Below are positions 30,275 to 40,292 of a stretch of DNA of 64,000 nucleotides, one piece after another. Under the pieces are notes generated by a model. The model worked only from the letters and a program-made list of their open reading frames with translations. It was not told where the DNA came from and ran no database searches. The DNA is from an uncultured delta proteobacterium (GTDB taxonomy: Bacteria > Desulfobacterota > Binatia > UBA9968): assembly GCA_963737905.1 (NCBI GenBank), contig CAVTUQ010000019.1, positions 32,001-96,000 of the forward strand, in the 5' to 3' direction. Position numbers and translations under genes: made by a program. The first letter of the stretch is position 1. Every line of letters begins with the position of its first letter.

Positions 30275-31285
30275 ATGAGCGCAACGTCGAGGCCCAAATC
30301 CCTGTGGCTTTACGTCTTCGTTCTTTTGACCCCGGGTGCCGGTGTTATGAGTGCGGAGCCGCAAGGGGAAAGATTGCACATGGGCTACAGCATCTATTCG
30401 GGCATGACCGCGCCGATTTGGGCGACCAAGGAAGCGGGTTTGTTTGAGAAAAATGGGCTCAACGTGCAATTGGTTTACCTCAGAGGCGGCACCGAGGCTG
30501 CCCAGGCTCTGATCACGGGCGATATTCCCTTCGCCATGATGGGAGGAGGCGCCGTGATCGCCTCCAATCTCGCCGGCTCGGGGAGCGTCATTCTTGCGGG
30601 GATTGAGAATACGATGCTCTTTAAATTAGTGACTTCGAAAGACATCGACTCCGCAGAGAAGTTGCGCGGCAAAAAACTCGGCGTCGCATCGCTGGGCGGA
30701 TCCACGTATCTGGCTACCGTTCGTGCCCTTCAACATTTTGGAATGAAAGCTAATGACGCGACCATTTTGGCGATTGGCAGCGGACCGAACCGATTGGCGG
30801 CCGTGCAATCGGGCTCGATCCAAGGCGGCGTCTTCCTGCCTCCTGAAACTCTTATCGCTAAGAAACTGGGGCTCAATTTCCTTCTCGACTTGGGATCATT
30901 GGGCGTGGAATTCCAAAATGCGGTCATCGCCGCAGGAAGGAATGTCGTAGAAAAAAAGCCGGAAACGGCTAGAAGATTCATCAAGGCGATAGTCGAGGGA
31001 ATACACGCGTACAGGACCGATAGAGATTTTGGCCTGAGAGTTCTCAGAAAATATCTGAAGACCAGCGATCAAGAGATCCTTGAAGAGACTTATGATTTCT
31101 ACAGCGATAAGGTTTTCCCCAAGCCCTACCCGACCGTTAAGGGCATGCAGGCAGTATTAAGCGACCTGGCCGGCAGAAATCCTAAGGCCAAAGATGTCCA
31201 GACCTCTCAACTTGTAAACTTAAGTTTCCTCAAAGAATTAGACGAGAGCGGCTACATCGATCGGCTCTATAAGAGTTCCCGATAA
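30275..31285 (+). CDS. SsuA/NMT1-like ABC substrate-binding protein
   Basis: Signal peptide, KEAGLFEKNGL, LRGKKLGV, ELDESGYIDRLY. Confidence 0.88.
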   Translation: MSATSRPKSLWLYVFVLLTPGAGVMSAEPQGERLHMGYSIYSGMTAPIWATKEAGLFEKNGLNVQLVYLRGGTEAAQALITGDIPFAMMGGGAVIASNLAGSGSVILAGIENTMLFKLVTSKDIDSAEKLRGKKLGVASLGGSTYLATVRALQHFGMKANDATILAIGSGPNRLAAVQSGSIQGGVFLPPETLIAKKLGLNFLLDLGSLGVEFQNAVIAAGRNVVEKKPETARRFIKAIVEGIHAYRTDRDFGLRVLRKYLKTSDQEILEETYDFYSDKVFPKPYPTVKGMQAVLSDLAGRNPKAKDVQTSQLVNLSFLKELDESGYIDRLYKSSR

Positions 31286-31409
31286 GCTGGACACTCGCTC
31301 GAAGGCGCAAGTGCGCTAAGAGAGAAAGTGAGGAAACGGGTTGCACGATACGCTTGAACTTCCCGCTTCTACGCGCTAAAAACGCGGTGGCTTAGAAAGG
31401 GACTGCGAT

Positions 31410-33146
31410 ATGGCAAAAACCGAGACGCTAAGTCCGGCGCCGGTTATCCGTTCTTGGCTACCTCCACTGAACGGCGGCACCGCGCTTATGGCTGGGCTGA
31501 TTGGTATCATGGGATTTATCGTCGTGTATCCCTTGGTATTGATCCTGATCAACAGCTTCAACACCGCCACGATTGCCGAGCCGCCGGTATATGGATTGAA
31601 AGCTTGGCGCGACGCTTTCAGCGAGTATGGCATTTGGCGCTCGCTGTGGAATAGCGTGAAGATCGGCATCGTGTTGCAAGTGATCGCCTTGCCACTGGGA
31701 ATTTTTGTTTCCTGGTTGCTCGCTCGCACGAACATTCTTTTCGCCAACGTCTTTGAGTTGGGCTTCTGGATCTCGTTTTTCCTACCGAATTTAGCGACCA
31801 CGTTCGGCTGGATGTTGATGCTCGATCCAAGCACGGGCTTGATCAATGCTTGGCTGCGTCAGCTTCCTTTTTTGAGCGGGCTCAATTTCGACATCTATTC
31901 CTTCTCGGGGATCATCTGGGTGCACCTGGTTTCCACCGGCTTGTCGACCAAGGTGATGCTCATGACACCGGCGTTTCGGCGCATGGACGCGTCGATGGAA
32001 GAGGCGAGCCGGATGTCCGGAGCAAACGCGTTCACGACCTTGTGGCGGATCACGGTACCCGCCATGACGCCGGTGATCGTTGTGGTTTTCCTGCTCAGCG
32101 TGATTCGAATCTTCAGCAGCTTTGAGATCGAGCTCTTGCTCGGCGTGCCGTGGAGCTTTTACGTCTATTCGACAAAGATCGTCGATCTGGCGCGGCAGGA
32201 GCCGCCGCTGGTCAATCAAGCAGCGGCGTTGGGCAGCATTATTCTGGTCTTTCTCGCCGCCTTCATTCCGATCCAACGCAAATTGATCACCCGCCGGCAA
32301 TTCACCACGGTCACGGGGCAATTCAAACCTAAAACCATCGATCTCGGCGCATGGCGTTATCCGGCGACGGCGTTTGTTGCTTTGGTTATTTTCATCCTGG
32401 ACGTGGTGCCGCTCTTAAGCGTCTTGGGCGGCAGCTTCATGACGCGGTTCGGCTTTTTCAACTTGCCGAAAACATGGACGTTGGAATATTGGAAGATGGC
32501 GCTTGGCGATCCGCGTATTCTCCAGGGCCTGCACAACACGTTGATCGTCGCGGTCAGCGCCGGACTCGTCGGAGCGGTGCTGTTCTCGTTGATCGGTTAC
32601 GTTCTGGTGCGGACCAAGCTTCCCGGTCGCGCGGTGCTCGATTCGATCTGCTGGTTGCCCTCGGCAATCCCAGGCGTATTATCAGGGCTCGGCCTATTAT
32701 GGATGTTTCTCGGCACCCCGTTCTTTCGCCCGTTCTACGGCACCCTCGTGCTTCTCATGGTCGCGCAAATGCTCGGCGGCATCACGCTGTCGACGCAGAT
32801 CCTAAAAGCAAATCTTGTCCAGCTCGGCAAAGAGCTGGAGGAATCGTCGCGTATGTCGGGAGCTGGCTTTTGGCGCACCTATCTGCGCATCGTGTTTCCG
32901 CTGATGGCGCAGACGATGGTGATGGTGGGCGTCATCAAGTTCATGTTCGCCGCGCAGCATAATTCGGCCATCATTCTGCTGGCGACTTCGGAAACTAGAA
33001 CGTTATCGCTGCTCGCTCTTGATCAGGTGGCGGCGGGATACCGTGAGGTGGCGAGCATTACCATCATTATGGTTACCGTGCTCACGCTTGGATTGGCGAT
33101 CGTCGCGAGGTCGTTTGGCCTCAAGGTCGGCATTCGCGCCGAGTGA
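31410..33146 (+). CDS. Iron(III)-type ABC transporter permease (duplicated BPD_transp_1)
   Basis: Multiple TM helices and two EAA loops (MEEASRMSGA, LEESSRMSGA). Confidence 0.92.
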   Translation: MAKTETLSPAPVIRSWLPPLNGGTALMAGLIGIMGFIVVYPLVLILINSFNTATIAEPPVYGLKAWRDAFSEYGIWRSLWNSVKIGIVLQVIALPLGIFVSWLLARTNILFANVFELGFWISFFLPNLATTFGWMLMLDPSTGLINAWLRQLPFLSGLNFDIYSFSGIIWVHLVSTGLSTKVMLMTPAFRRMDASMEEASRMSGANAFTTLWRITVPAMTPVIVVVFLLSVIRIFSSFEIELLLGVPWSFYVYSTKIVDLARQEPPLVNQAAALGSIILVFLAAFIPIQRKLITRRQFTTVTGQFKPKTIDLGAWRYPATAFVALVIFILDVVPLLSVLGGSFMTRFGFFNLPKTWTLEYWKMALGDPRILQGLHNTLIVAVSAGLVGAVLFSLIGYVLVRTKLPGRAVLDSICWLPSAIPGVLSGLGLLWMFLGTPFFRPFYGTLVLLMVAQMLGGITLSTQILKANLVQLGKELEESSRMSGAGFWRTYLRIVFPLMAQTMVMVGVIKFMFAAQHNSAIILLATSETRTLSLLALDQVAAGYREVASITIIMVTVLTLGLAIVARSFGLKVGIRAE

Positions 33147-33279
33147 CTATGAGGCGAATAAAAAGAAAAAGCGGTCGAGGATCGAGGATGGAAAATCGAA
33201 GATCGCGATCCTCTATCTTCGATCCTCGATCATCATTTGCCATTGTATCCCTCTACGTGGCCTGCGCAGGACGGAGCAC

Positions 33280-34395
33280 GTGAGTTTTTTGCGTATTCAA
33301 GATCTCTACAAAACATTCGACCGTGTGGTCGCGGTCAATCACATCAATCTTGAGGTCGCCGAAGGAGAGTTCTTCACGTTGCTCGGCTCCAGCGGCTGCG
33401 GCAAGACGACCACGTTGCGCATGGTTGGTGGGTTGGAAAAACCCGACGGCGGAGAGATTCATCTGGGGAACAGATGTCTCGTGTCCGGAAGCAAGCGTCT
33501 CTTCATTAAACCTGAGAAGCGGGATATGGGCATGGTCTTCCAGTCCTACGCCCTGTGGCCGCACATGACGGTTTTTGAGAATGTCGTCTATCCGTTGAAG
33601 TTGCGCGGTATCAGAGGCGACGAAGCCGAAAAAAAGGTCGCCGAGGTCTTGGATCTCGTGGGGCTCGCGGGTTTAGAGGACCGCCCGGCGCCGGCACTCA
33701 GCGGCGGGCAGCAGCAACGGGTTGCGCTGGCGCGGGCATTGGTGTTTTCGCCGCGGGTTTTGTTGCTTGACGAACCGCTCAGCAATCTCGATGCGCAACT
33801 GCGTGAAGAGATGCGGCGGGAGTTAAAGAGTTTGCAGCAGCGACTCGGGATCACGGTTTTATTCGTGACGCACGATCAGATTGAGGCGTTGAGTCTGTCC
33901 GATCGAATCGCCATCATGAGGACGGGGCAATTGGAACAGGTCGGCGGCCCCGAAGACGTCTATTATCATCCGGCGACGCCGTTTGTGCGGGATTTCCTGG
34001 GCAAGACCTTTCTCCTTCCGGGAAAGATTCTCGGGATTGCTGATCAGCAAGTCAATGTGGCGATTCAGCAGTTTGACGCTTCTCCGCTTTCTATTCAGCG
34101 GTCAAATCTTTCGGCTTCCGGCAACGGTTTAACCGGAGTCGGCCAGTCCGTGATGGTCGCGATCCGACCCGAGCAGGTCGAATTATGGGCCAAGGCCCCT
34201 GAAGGCAAGCTCAATATGGTTCCAGCGAATCTTCAGTCCGTCCAGTTTCTCGGCGACCGCTATGAATACACGGTGGCATTGGGCTCGGAAACTCGAGTCT
34301 TGGTCTCGCCGGCCTCGCGGCATCTCAAAGCAGGCGAAAAGATTTATCTGGAACTCAAGTCCGAAGGTATCACCCTCTGGCCGAGAGAGGTGTGA
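33280..34395 (+). CDS. ABC transporter ATP-binding protein (PotA/FbpC-like)
   Basis: GSSGCGKTT, LSGGQQQR, LLLDEPLSNLD, VTHDQ; GTG start after GGAG. Confidence 0.95.
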   Translation: MSFLRIQDLYKTFDRVVAVNHINLEVAEGEFFTLLGSSGCGKTTTLRMVGGLEKPDGGEIHLGNRCLVSGSKRLFIKPEKRDMGMVFQSYALWPHMTVFENVVYPLKLRGIRGDEAEKKVAEVLDLVGLAGLEDRPAPALSGGQQQRVALARALVFSPRVLLLDEPLSNLDAQLREEMRRELKSLQQRLGITVLFVTHDQIEALSLSDRIAIMRTGQLEQVGGPEDVYYHPATPFVRDFLGKTFLLPGKILGIADQQVNVAIQQFDASPLSIQRSNLSASGNGLTGVGQSVMVAIRPEQVELWAKAPEGKLNMVPANLQSVQFLGDRYEYTVALGSETRVLVSPASRHLKAGEKIYLELKSEGITLWPREV

Positions 34396-34468
34396 AGCTC
34401 CCCGCTGGCGCTCGGAATCTCAAATCTCAGATTCAAATTTGTGATCTGAAAATCCCACAAGGTGGATT

Positions 34469-35767
34469 CTAACCCGTCGCTCGCTCGTCTTCCGCGACAT
34501 TTTTGCCAGCCCGGTAATCTTCCGTTCCTTTCCAGCGGAACCGCGGTATTTCGGGCACCCGCCAGACAGTCAGCAGCGTTACCACGAATACCAGTAGGCC
34601 ACCGAAAAAAGTTGCCGCCGGCGCCCCCATAAGCGGGACGACTAATCCCGTTTCCGTCTGGCCCAGAGGATGAAGCCCCCGGTTACTCAACTGAAAAACT
34701 CCCATGACTCTGCCGCGGAAGTTTTCCGGCGTAATCAGTTGCAGGATCGTGCTGCGGCAGGCGGACCAGATGGTGTCGGTTACGCCCACGAACGCAATCA
34801 GCGCTAGAGAGAGCAGGAACCAAGGAGAAAGGCCGAAAAGCGCAAAGCCGATACCGTAAAGAATCGCCGAAGCAAAGAGAATTTTCCCATGGTCCGAGCG
34901 ATGGCCCATGGCGATGAACAGACTCGAGCCGATGACGGCACCGAGGCCACGGGCCGACTGCAAGAGTCCGAACCCGCTGGCACCCACGTGTAAGACATCG
35001 CTTGCAAAGATGGTCAGCATGGCGTTATCCAGACCGAAGACGGATGAGACTCCTTCCATGATCATCACGCCCAGAATGAGGGGACGGGAGACGATGTAGG
35101 AAAACCCCGCCTTCGTTTCACTCAAAAAATCATGGTGTCTTTGGCGCGCAGATGCCGAGGTCCGCATCAGCAAGAGCGCGACGACGACAACCAGGAAACT
35201 CGCCGCATTGGCGTAGAACGCTCCGGCGGTACCCATGAGGCTGATGGCGACGCCGCCCAGCGTTGGTCCGAGGAGTGCCGCCCCTTTCCATAACAGTGAA
35301 TTGAGCGCCACCGCATTGGGGAGGACGGAGCGGGGGACCAGCGAAGGAAATAAAGCCTGGCGCGCGGGACCATCGAAGGAGCCGACCGTGGAGCTGACGA
35401 AGGTGAAGGCGTAGATCTGCCAGGCTTGAACGTGACCGGAGTCATCCAATACGCCGAGACCCAGCGCCAGTAGACCCAGAAGAACCTGGGTCCCGAGCAT
35501 GAGCCGGCGGCGATCGTAGCGATCGGCGAAGGTGCCGCTGATGAGCCCGAGGCCTATGGCAGGAATCGCGCGGAAGATGCCGTTGAGTCCCAGCTGCATC
35601 GGAGAGTCTGTCAGTTGATACAGCAGCCAGTTGGTTGCGGTCATCTGCATCCAGGTGCCGATGTTCGAAACAAAAAGGCTGATCCAAAAAAGTCTGAAAT
35701 CGCGGTAGCGAAAGGCAGCGAGACGCCCGATTTCTCTCGGGTCCGAGGAGGGTGGTTCGTCGGTCAT
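34469..35767 (-). CDS. MFS transporter (MFS_3/EntS-like)
   Basis: YRDFRLFW...SNIGTWMQ, GTFADRYDRRRL, FRGRVMG; about 12 TM segments. Confidence 0.92.
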   Translation of the reverse strand: MTDEPPSSDPREIGRLAAFRYRDFRLFWISLFVSNIGTWMQMTATNWLLYQLTDSPMQLGLNGIFRAIPAIGLGLISGTFADRYDRRRLMLGTQVLLGLLALGLGVLDDSGHVQAWQIYAFTFVSSTVGSFDGPARQALFPSLVPRSVLPNAVALNSLLWKGAALLGPTLGGVAISLMGTAGAFYANAASFLVVVVALLLMRTSASARQRHHDFLSETKAGFSYIVSRPLILGVMIMEGVSSVFGLDNAMLTIFASDVLHVGASGFGLLQSARGLGAVIGSSLFIAMGHRSDHGKILFASAILYGIGFALFGLSPWFLLSLALIAFVGVTDTIWSACRSTILQLITPENFRGRVMGVFQLSNRGLHPLGQTETGLVVPLMGAPAATFFGGLLVFVVTLLTVWRVPEIPRFRWKGTEDYRAGKNVAEDERATG

Positions 35768-35828
35768 TCGAAGGAGACTCTAAACGTGATGCAAGATCAA
35801 TGTTTTGGATGGCGAAAACGAATGGCGA

Positions 35829-36731
35829 TTAATTGAGCCCCCAGTGCGCAAAGCCCATGGCGCAACCGACACCGGTGCGGGTGCGGTACAGCGGAAAGTA
35901 TTTGACGACTTTGCCCGGCCTGTCCGCTGCACCCGCGGTCACAATCCAGTTGCGGATCTCGGAGGTTCCCTCGACTAAATCGGCAGCGGGCATGGAGCCC
36001 ATGTAGTCGAGGTCGTTTGTCTCCAGCGCCTTGAGAAAGCGGTAATCCAAGGGTTCGCTGATCTTCGTATGGCTGAGCCCGCCGGAGCCGATCACAACGA
36101 CTCGTTCCTGGCCGGGAAGCCGGCGGAGAATCGAAGCCAGAGCCTGGCCGAATTTAACGCAGCGCTTGGCCGAAGGCGCGGGGGGATAATAGGTATTCAC
36201 CATCACGGGAACGATGCGACACTGGGCGTCCGGCGTGAGAAATTTGAGCACTCGCGCAAAGGCATGGCCGAGTCCGCCGTCGTAGCGCGTTTGTTTGGAA
36301 TAGGCGGGATCGAACCCTTCATCCATCAAGCCGTTGATGAGTCCTTCGGCCATTTTGGAATCAACCTGATACCGGGTTCGATTTTCAGACTTCGGCTGCT
36401 TTAGGTATCTCAGGCTGACGCTCGCCTCGGCTTCCTCTCCCATATAGATCGTGAAGGGCGGCATATTGTCATCGACCAAATTCTCATGCTGATCGTCGCC
36501 CACCACGATCAAGACATCCGGGTGGAGCTCGTTCAATTGTTGGCGAAGCGTGGCGATGGCATCCATGCAGCCGCGCCATTTCGTCCACTTCACTTCCGAA
36601 GTTTCATTTTCCAAGCCCGGTTTCTCCGGCAAGCCCTCGTTCTCGCGATTCTTGAGCAAATGCCACTGATCGGGATTGAGCATCAATTGGGGCCCGTGGG
36701 ACATGGCCAGACAGCCGATCAGGTTTGCCAT
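35829..36731 (-). CDS. Class III extradiol ring-cleavage dioxygenase subunit B-like protein (LigB family)
   Basis: SHGP, GDDQHEN, GHAF, SGGLSH, GTSEIRNW. Confidence 0.85.
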   Translation of the reverse strand: MANLIGCLAMSHGPQLMLNPDQWHLLKNRENEGLPEKPGLENETSEVKWTKWRGCMDAIATLRQQLNELHPDVLIVVGDDQHENLVDDNMPPFTIYMGEEAEASVSLRYLKQPKSENRTRYQVDSKMAEGLINGLMDEGFDPAYSKQTRYDGGLGHAFARVLKFLTPDAQCRIVPVMVNTYYPPAPSAKRCVKFGQALASILRRLPGQERVVVIGSGGLSHTKISEPLDYRFLKALETNDLDYMGSMPAADLVEGTSEIRNWIVTAGAADRPGKVVKYFPLYRTRTGVGCAMGFAHWGLN

Positions 36732-36816
36732 AGTAAGTTCCGTGTCTCGGGTCTCGCGTCTCGGGTTGCCCGCCGAACACGGGACTCGAAACGCTAGACT
36801 CGAGACTGATTTCCTA

Positions 36817-37860
36817 TCACGCGTGAGCGGCCTTCATGTCGGAAACATGCGGCGCTTTCACGTTCAGTTTGAACCAACTGCTGCCGCTATCTTCGCTGCC
36901 AAACAGGTCGCCGTTTTGCTGCGCCGCGTACATGCGATCAAAGTTAGCCGGGTCAAAAGCAAAGGCTTCCACAAAGCTTTGATTGGCTCTTGAAACTTCG
37001 CCTTCTAGCTTTTTCCAGCTTTTTCCAGCGTCCGTCGACTGAATGAGGAACGCTTCCGCGCCGGAGGCACGCTTTCGCCACTGTCCCGGCTGTCCGTTGG
37101 CCACGGCGGAGTAAATAACATTAGGTCTCTTGGGATGGATCGTTAGCGGAACTGAATATTCTTCCTTAAACTCTGCGGCCATCGGGGCCCAGTTCTCTCC
37201 GCCATCGCCACTGAAATAAAGCGCGCGCCCCGGAGCCTTGCCGGCCCGGCAGTCGTGGCCGCCGGTGGCGATGAAGATCTTCCGGCTGTCCTCAGGATGC
37301 AAGACGATGGTGTGTACGTCGCAATCGAGATTCTTGTTCAAAAGCTCCCAAGTCGCGCCGCCGTCCTTGGTCTTGATCATGTAACCCACCTGCAGCGCGA
37401 CGTACATGGTGTTGGGTTCTTTGGGGTCGATGGTGATATCACGGACATGGGGCTCGACCGTAGCCACTGGATAGGTGATGGTTGATACCGAGGGAATGTT
37501 CCAAACGGAGTCGAGCCGTCTCCAGCTCTTCGCGGCATCTTTACTGATAAAGACATCAATGGGTTCGGTGCCCGCGTAAATGGTATCGGGATCGCGGGGG
37601 TCGATGGTGAGGCAACGGACTTTGCCGGGACCCCGCTTGCCGTAGCAGGGTTTCGACCAGGTAGCGCCGAAATCTTCGCTCACCCAGACGCCGTCGCCAC
37701 GCGTTCCGGCAAACACCTTGTTAGGCGCCGATGGCGCAAGGGCGACTTCCGGGACTTCCCAATCTTTGAGCCCGTGATGTTCTACATTCCAAGAACGGCC
37801 ATCCTCACTTTTAAGTGTGACCACGCCTTCGTCTGTTCCCAAATAAAGAATCGATGCCAT
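36817..37860 (-). CDS. BNR/Asp-box repeat beta-propeller protein, no signal peptide
   Basis: Repeated S/T-x-D-x-G-x-x-W Asp-box motifs (SEDGRSW, SEDFGATW, TKDGGATW, SGDGGENW, STDAGKSW, SEDSGSSW). Confidence 0.88.
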   Translation of the reverse strand: MASILYLGTDEGVVTLKSEDGRSWNVEHHGLKDWEVPEVALAPSAPNKVFAGTRGDGVWVSEDFGATWSKPCYGKRGPGKVRCLTIDPRDPDTIYAGTEPIDVFISKDAAKSWRRLDSVWNIPSVSTITYPVATVEPHVRDITIDPKEPNTMYVALQVGYMIKTKDGGATWELLNKNLDCDVHTIVLHPEDSRKIFIATGGHDCRAGKAPGRALYFSGDGGENWAPMAAEFKEEYSVPLTIHPKRPNVIYSAVANGQPGQWRKRASGAEAFLIQSTDAGKSWKKLEGEVSRANQSFVEAFAFDPANFDRMYAAQQNGDLFGSEDSGSSWFKLNVKAPHVSDMKAAHA

Positions 37861-38069
37861 GACCCTATCCTCCCTTCTATTTGACTCCGAATCTACTACA
37901 GAAATATAGCGGCGACAACCGGGTTTTTTGAACGACTGGAACGATTAGAAGCTGGCGAACGGTTATTGAGTCCGTTGGAAAGAAGGACGTTGACGCGGAT
38001 ATACCCGCATGTTACTAAGCCGATAAATCTCGCGGGGGGTGGGTCATCGCAAATCCAAAACCGTCGGCA

Positions 38070-38870
38070 GTGGTCAGGGTAGGCTCCGCCGAAGCATCGA
38101 AAGCCTGTGCTGAGCCCTTCGACAGTGCTCAGGGTGGAACTCGTCGAAGTGTCCAAAACCTGAAGCGGCGACTGGTGGAAGGTTTGCAGGTCGTGACAGG
38201 TGAAGAAGTACTGTCCGGCTCGGGTCATTTGAGCGTGCGGATCCCCGGAACTGAAGCCTTTCTCATCAATCCCAGATTCGCCGGCATACTGGCCGATCCG
38301 AAACACATTTGCACCGTAAACTTCGCCGGCAAGCGCATTGCCGGGAGGGGGCCGATTCCTTCCGAGGCTCCGATCCACGCCGCGGTCTACCGGAGCCGCC
38401 CTGATGTGGCAAGTGTGCTTCACTGCCACGCGCGCTATTCGGTTCTCGTCGGCTTGCTTGAAAGCGGTTTGATTCCATTCAATCGCGAGGCGAAAATCTT
38501 TGCGGACGGCGTTCCGATCTTTCCGGAAAGTCGGGGCATTAATACTTTCAGTCTTGCGGAGCGCATGGTGGATGCTTTGGGACCGCATTTTGCAATTTTT
38601 CTTCGCGGGCACGGCGTCGTAGTGGTGGGACCTGGCATTGAAGGGACTTGTCTATCCGCGATTCAACTCGAGCGAGCTTGTCAGGATCAACTCCTGATGA
38701 TGAGTATCACCACCGTCAAACCGATGGCCGATGCGGGTCGAGGACGAAACAACGCGCGGCTCGAAAATCCCTATCGCGCCTGGCCATTTCTTTTGTACAA
38801 GCATAAAGTCAAATCGAGGGCGCAAATTCGCGCCGGCATTCGTACACTCGAAGAAGGCAAGCACTACTGA
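38070..38870 (+). CDS. Class II aldolase/adducin family protein
   Basis: GHLSVR, PSEAPIHAAVYRSRPDVASVLHCH, LRGHG. Start is uncertain and the N-terminus contains a repeat insertion. Confidence 0.9.
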   Translation: MVRVGSAEASKACAEPFDSAQGGTRRSVQNLKRRLVEGLQVVTGEEVLSGSGHLSVRIPGTEAFLINPRFAGILADPKHICTVNFAGKRIAGRGPIPSEAPIHAAVYRSRPDVASVLHCHARYSVLVGLLESGLIPFNREAKIFADGVPIFPESRGINTFSLAERMVDALGPHFAIFLRGHGVVVVGPGIEGTCLSAIQLERACQDQLLMMSITTVKPMADAGRGRNNARLENPYRAWPFLLYKHKVKSRAQIRAGIRTLEEGKHY

Positions 38871-40099
38871 TGTCATCGTCAAAGAAAATCACCCCTACCT
38901 TTGTCCTCCCCTGTGGGAGACTGTGTCGTAACATCGAAAACATCGTCTCTGTCATTTCGACCGCAGGGAGAAATCTTAGATCCCTCACATTCGTTCGGGA
39001 TGACAATGCAGTCTTGGGCCATTGCGACACGGTCTCCCGAGGGCGAGGAAAGGGGACCCAGACCGGCTCGTCGGTTCTGTTTCCAGCAGCAAATCTTAAA
39101 CTTTCGCTCGCTGTTCTTTTCTTGATTCTTTTCCTCTTCGTTCCCTGGTTAAGTGCGCAGGAGAAAAAGCTCGACCCTTTTACCATTTCCTATGCATCGG
39201 TTTCGGGTACGCGCGGGCCGCTCTGGATCGCCCAGGATCTCGGTCTTTTTGCAAAATACGGCCTTGATGTCGATCTCGTCTACATCCCCTCGGGCGTGAC
39301 ATCGGTCAATGCTTTGCTGGGTGGAAGCGTCGACATCATCGCGGCTTCCGGATCGTCCGTTGTGAGCGCCGCGTCGCGGGGCGCCCCTCTGGTGATCATC
39401 GCCAGTCTGGGTCACATCGCTTACAAATTGGTCGCGCTCCCGTCGATTACCACCACACAAGGCCTCAAAGGCAAGATCATCGGTTCAAGTCGCATCGGCG
39501 CCGGCACGGATTACGCACTGAAACGCCTTCTTCCGAAATTGGGTTTGACTCCAGGTAAAGATGTGCAGCTCATTCCCACGGGAATCAGCGAATCGGATCG
39601 CCGGCTCATCATGATGCTCCAGGGTAAAATCGACGCCACCCTGGCTACGGAAGACAATCTCCTCCAACTCGGCGCCAGGGGCGCGAAGTTGTCCGTGCTC
39701 GCCGATCTTTACGATAACGGAGTCTACACGACCGGCAGCGATATCGCGACGAGCCGCAAACTCTTGAAGGAACGGCCCCGGCAACTCAAGGCTTTCATCA
39801 TGGCGCTCACCGAGGGAACCGCCTACGGGCGCGCACACAAGGATCAAACCATGCGAATTTACCGCAAGTACTTGAAGATCGAGGATCCGAAGCTGCTGGA
39901 ATCGATCCACAAGAACTATCTACTGGGGACGATCCCTGCGAAGCCCTATCCGCGCGAAGAGGCGCTGCAAAACGACATTGAGGATCTGAGTTATACCTAT
40001 CCCGATCTGAAAGGAAGAAGGGCCTCCGAGTTTCTCGACCTCTCTTTGCTGAAAAGCTTGGAGGACGAAGGATTCTTCACACGACTCTACGGGAAATGA
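38870..40099 (+). CDS. SsuA/NMT1-like ABC substrate-binding protein with an in-frame MITE in its N-terminus
   Basis: TGATG coupling to the aldolase stop, hydrophobic signal segment after the insert, GLFAKYGLDV, LEDEGFFTRLY. Confidence 0.85.
   Translation: MSSSKKITPTFVLPCGRLCRNIENIVSVISTAGRNLRSLTFVRDDNAVLGHCDTVSRGRGKGTQTGSSVLFPAANLKLSLAVLFLILFLFVPWLSAQEKKLDPFTISYASVSGTRGPLWIAQDLGLFAKYGLDVDLVYIPSGVTSVNALLGGSVDIIAASGSSVVSAASRGAPLVIIASLGHIAYKLVALPSITTTQGLKGKIIGSSRIGAGTDYALKRLLPKLGLTPGKDVQLIPTGISESDRRLIMMLQGKIDATLATEDNLLQLGARGAKLSVLADLYDNGVYTTGSDIATSRKLLKERPRQLKAFIMALTEGTAYGRAHKDQTMRIYRKYLKIEDPKLLESIHKNYLLGTIPAKPYPREEALQNDIEDLSYTYPDLKGRRASEFLDLSLLKSLEDEGFFTRLYGK
38917..39036 (+). mobile_element. 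120-bp MITE (TIR GAGACTGTGTCGyAA) carrying a REP doublet
   Basis: Terminal inverted repeats gagactgtgtcgtaa / ttgcgacacggtctc. A near-identical inverted copy lies at 54356-54475. Confidence 0.8.
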
Positions 40100-40169
40100 T
40101 GCTGAACACTTTGCGAGCGAATGCGGCGGCAAACGCCATTGCCATGACAGAAAAGTTGCTCCCAAAGTC

Positions 40170-40231
40170 CGTCATTCCGGCGAATGCCGGAATCTATAAG
40201 GGGATGGATACCGGCTTCCGCCGGTATGACG
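40170..40231. repeat. CGTCA-type REP doublet upstream of the GIY-YIG gene
   Basis: cgtcattccggcgaatgccggaatc...gataccggcttccgccggtatgacg. Confidence 0.78.
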
Positions 40232-40292
40232 AGGGACACGGCGTGGTTTTCAGCGGGTGACGTAAAGAACGAAATTCGCAGATACTCGCGCT

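Noticed and set aside
33019-33279. N-terminal extension of the ABC ATPase ORF
   Set aside because: It overlaps the permease and a heptamer repeat. GTG at 33280 with a GGAG RBS is the more plausible start.
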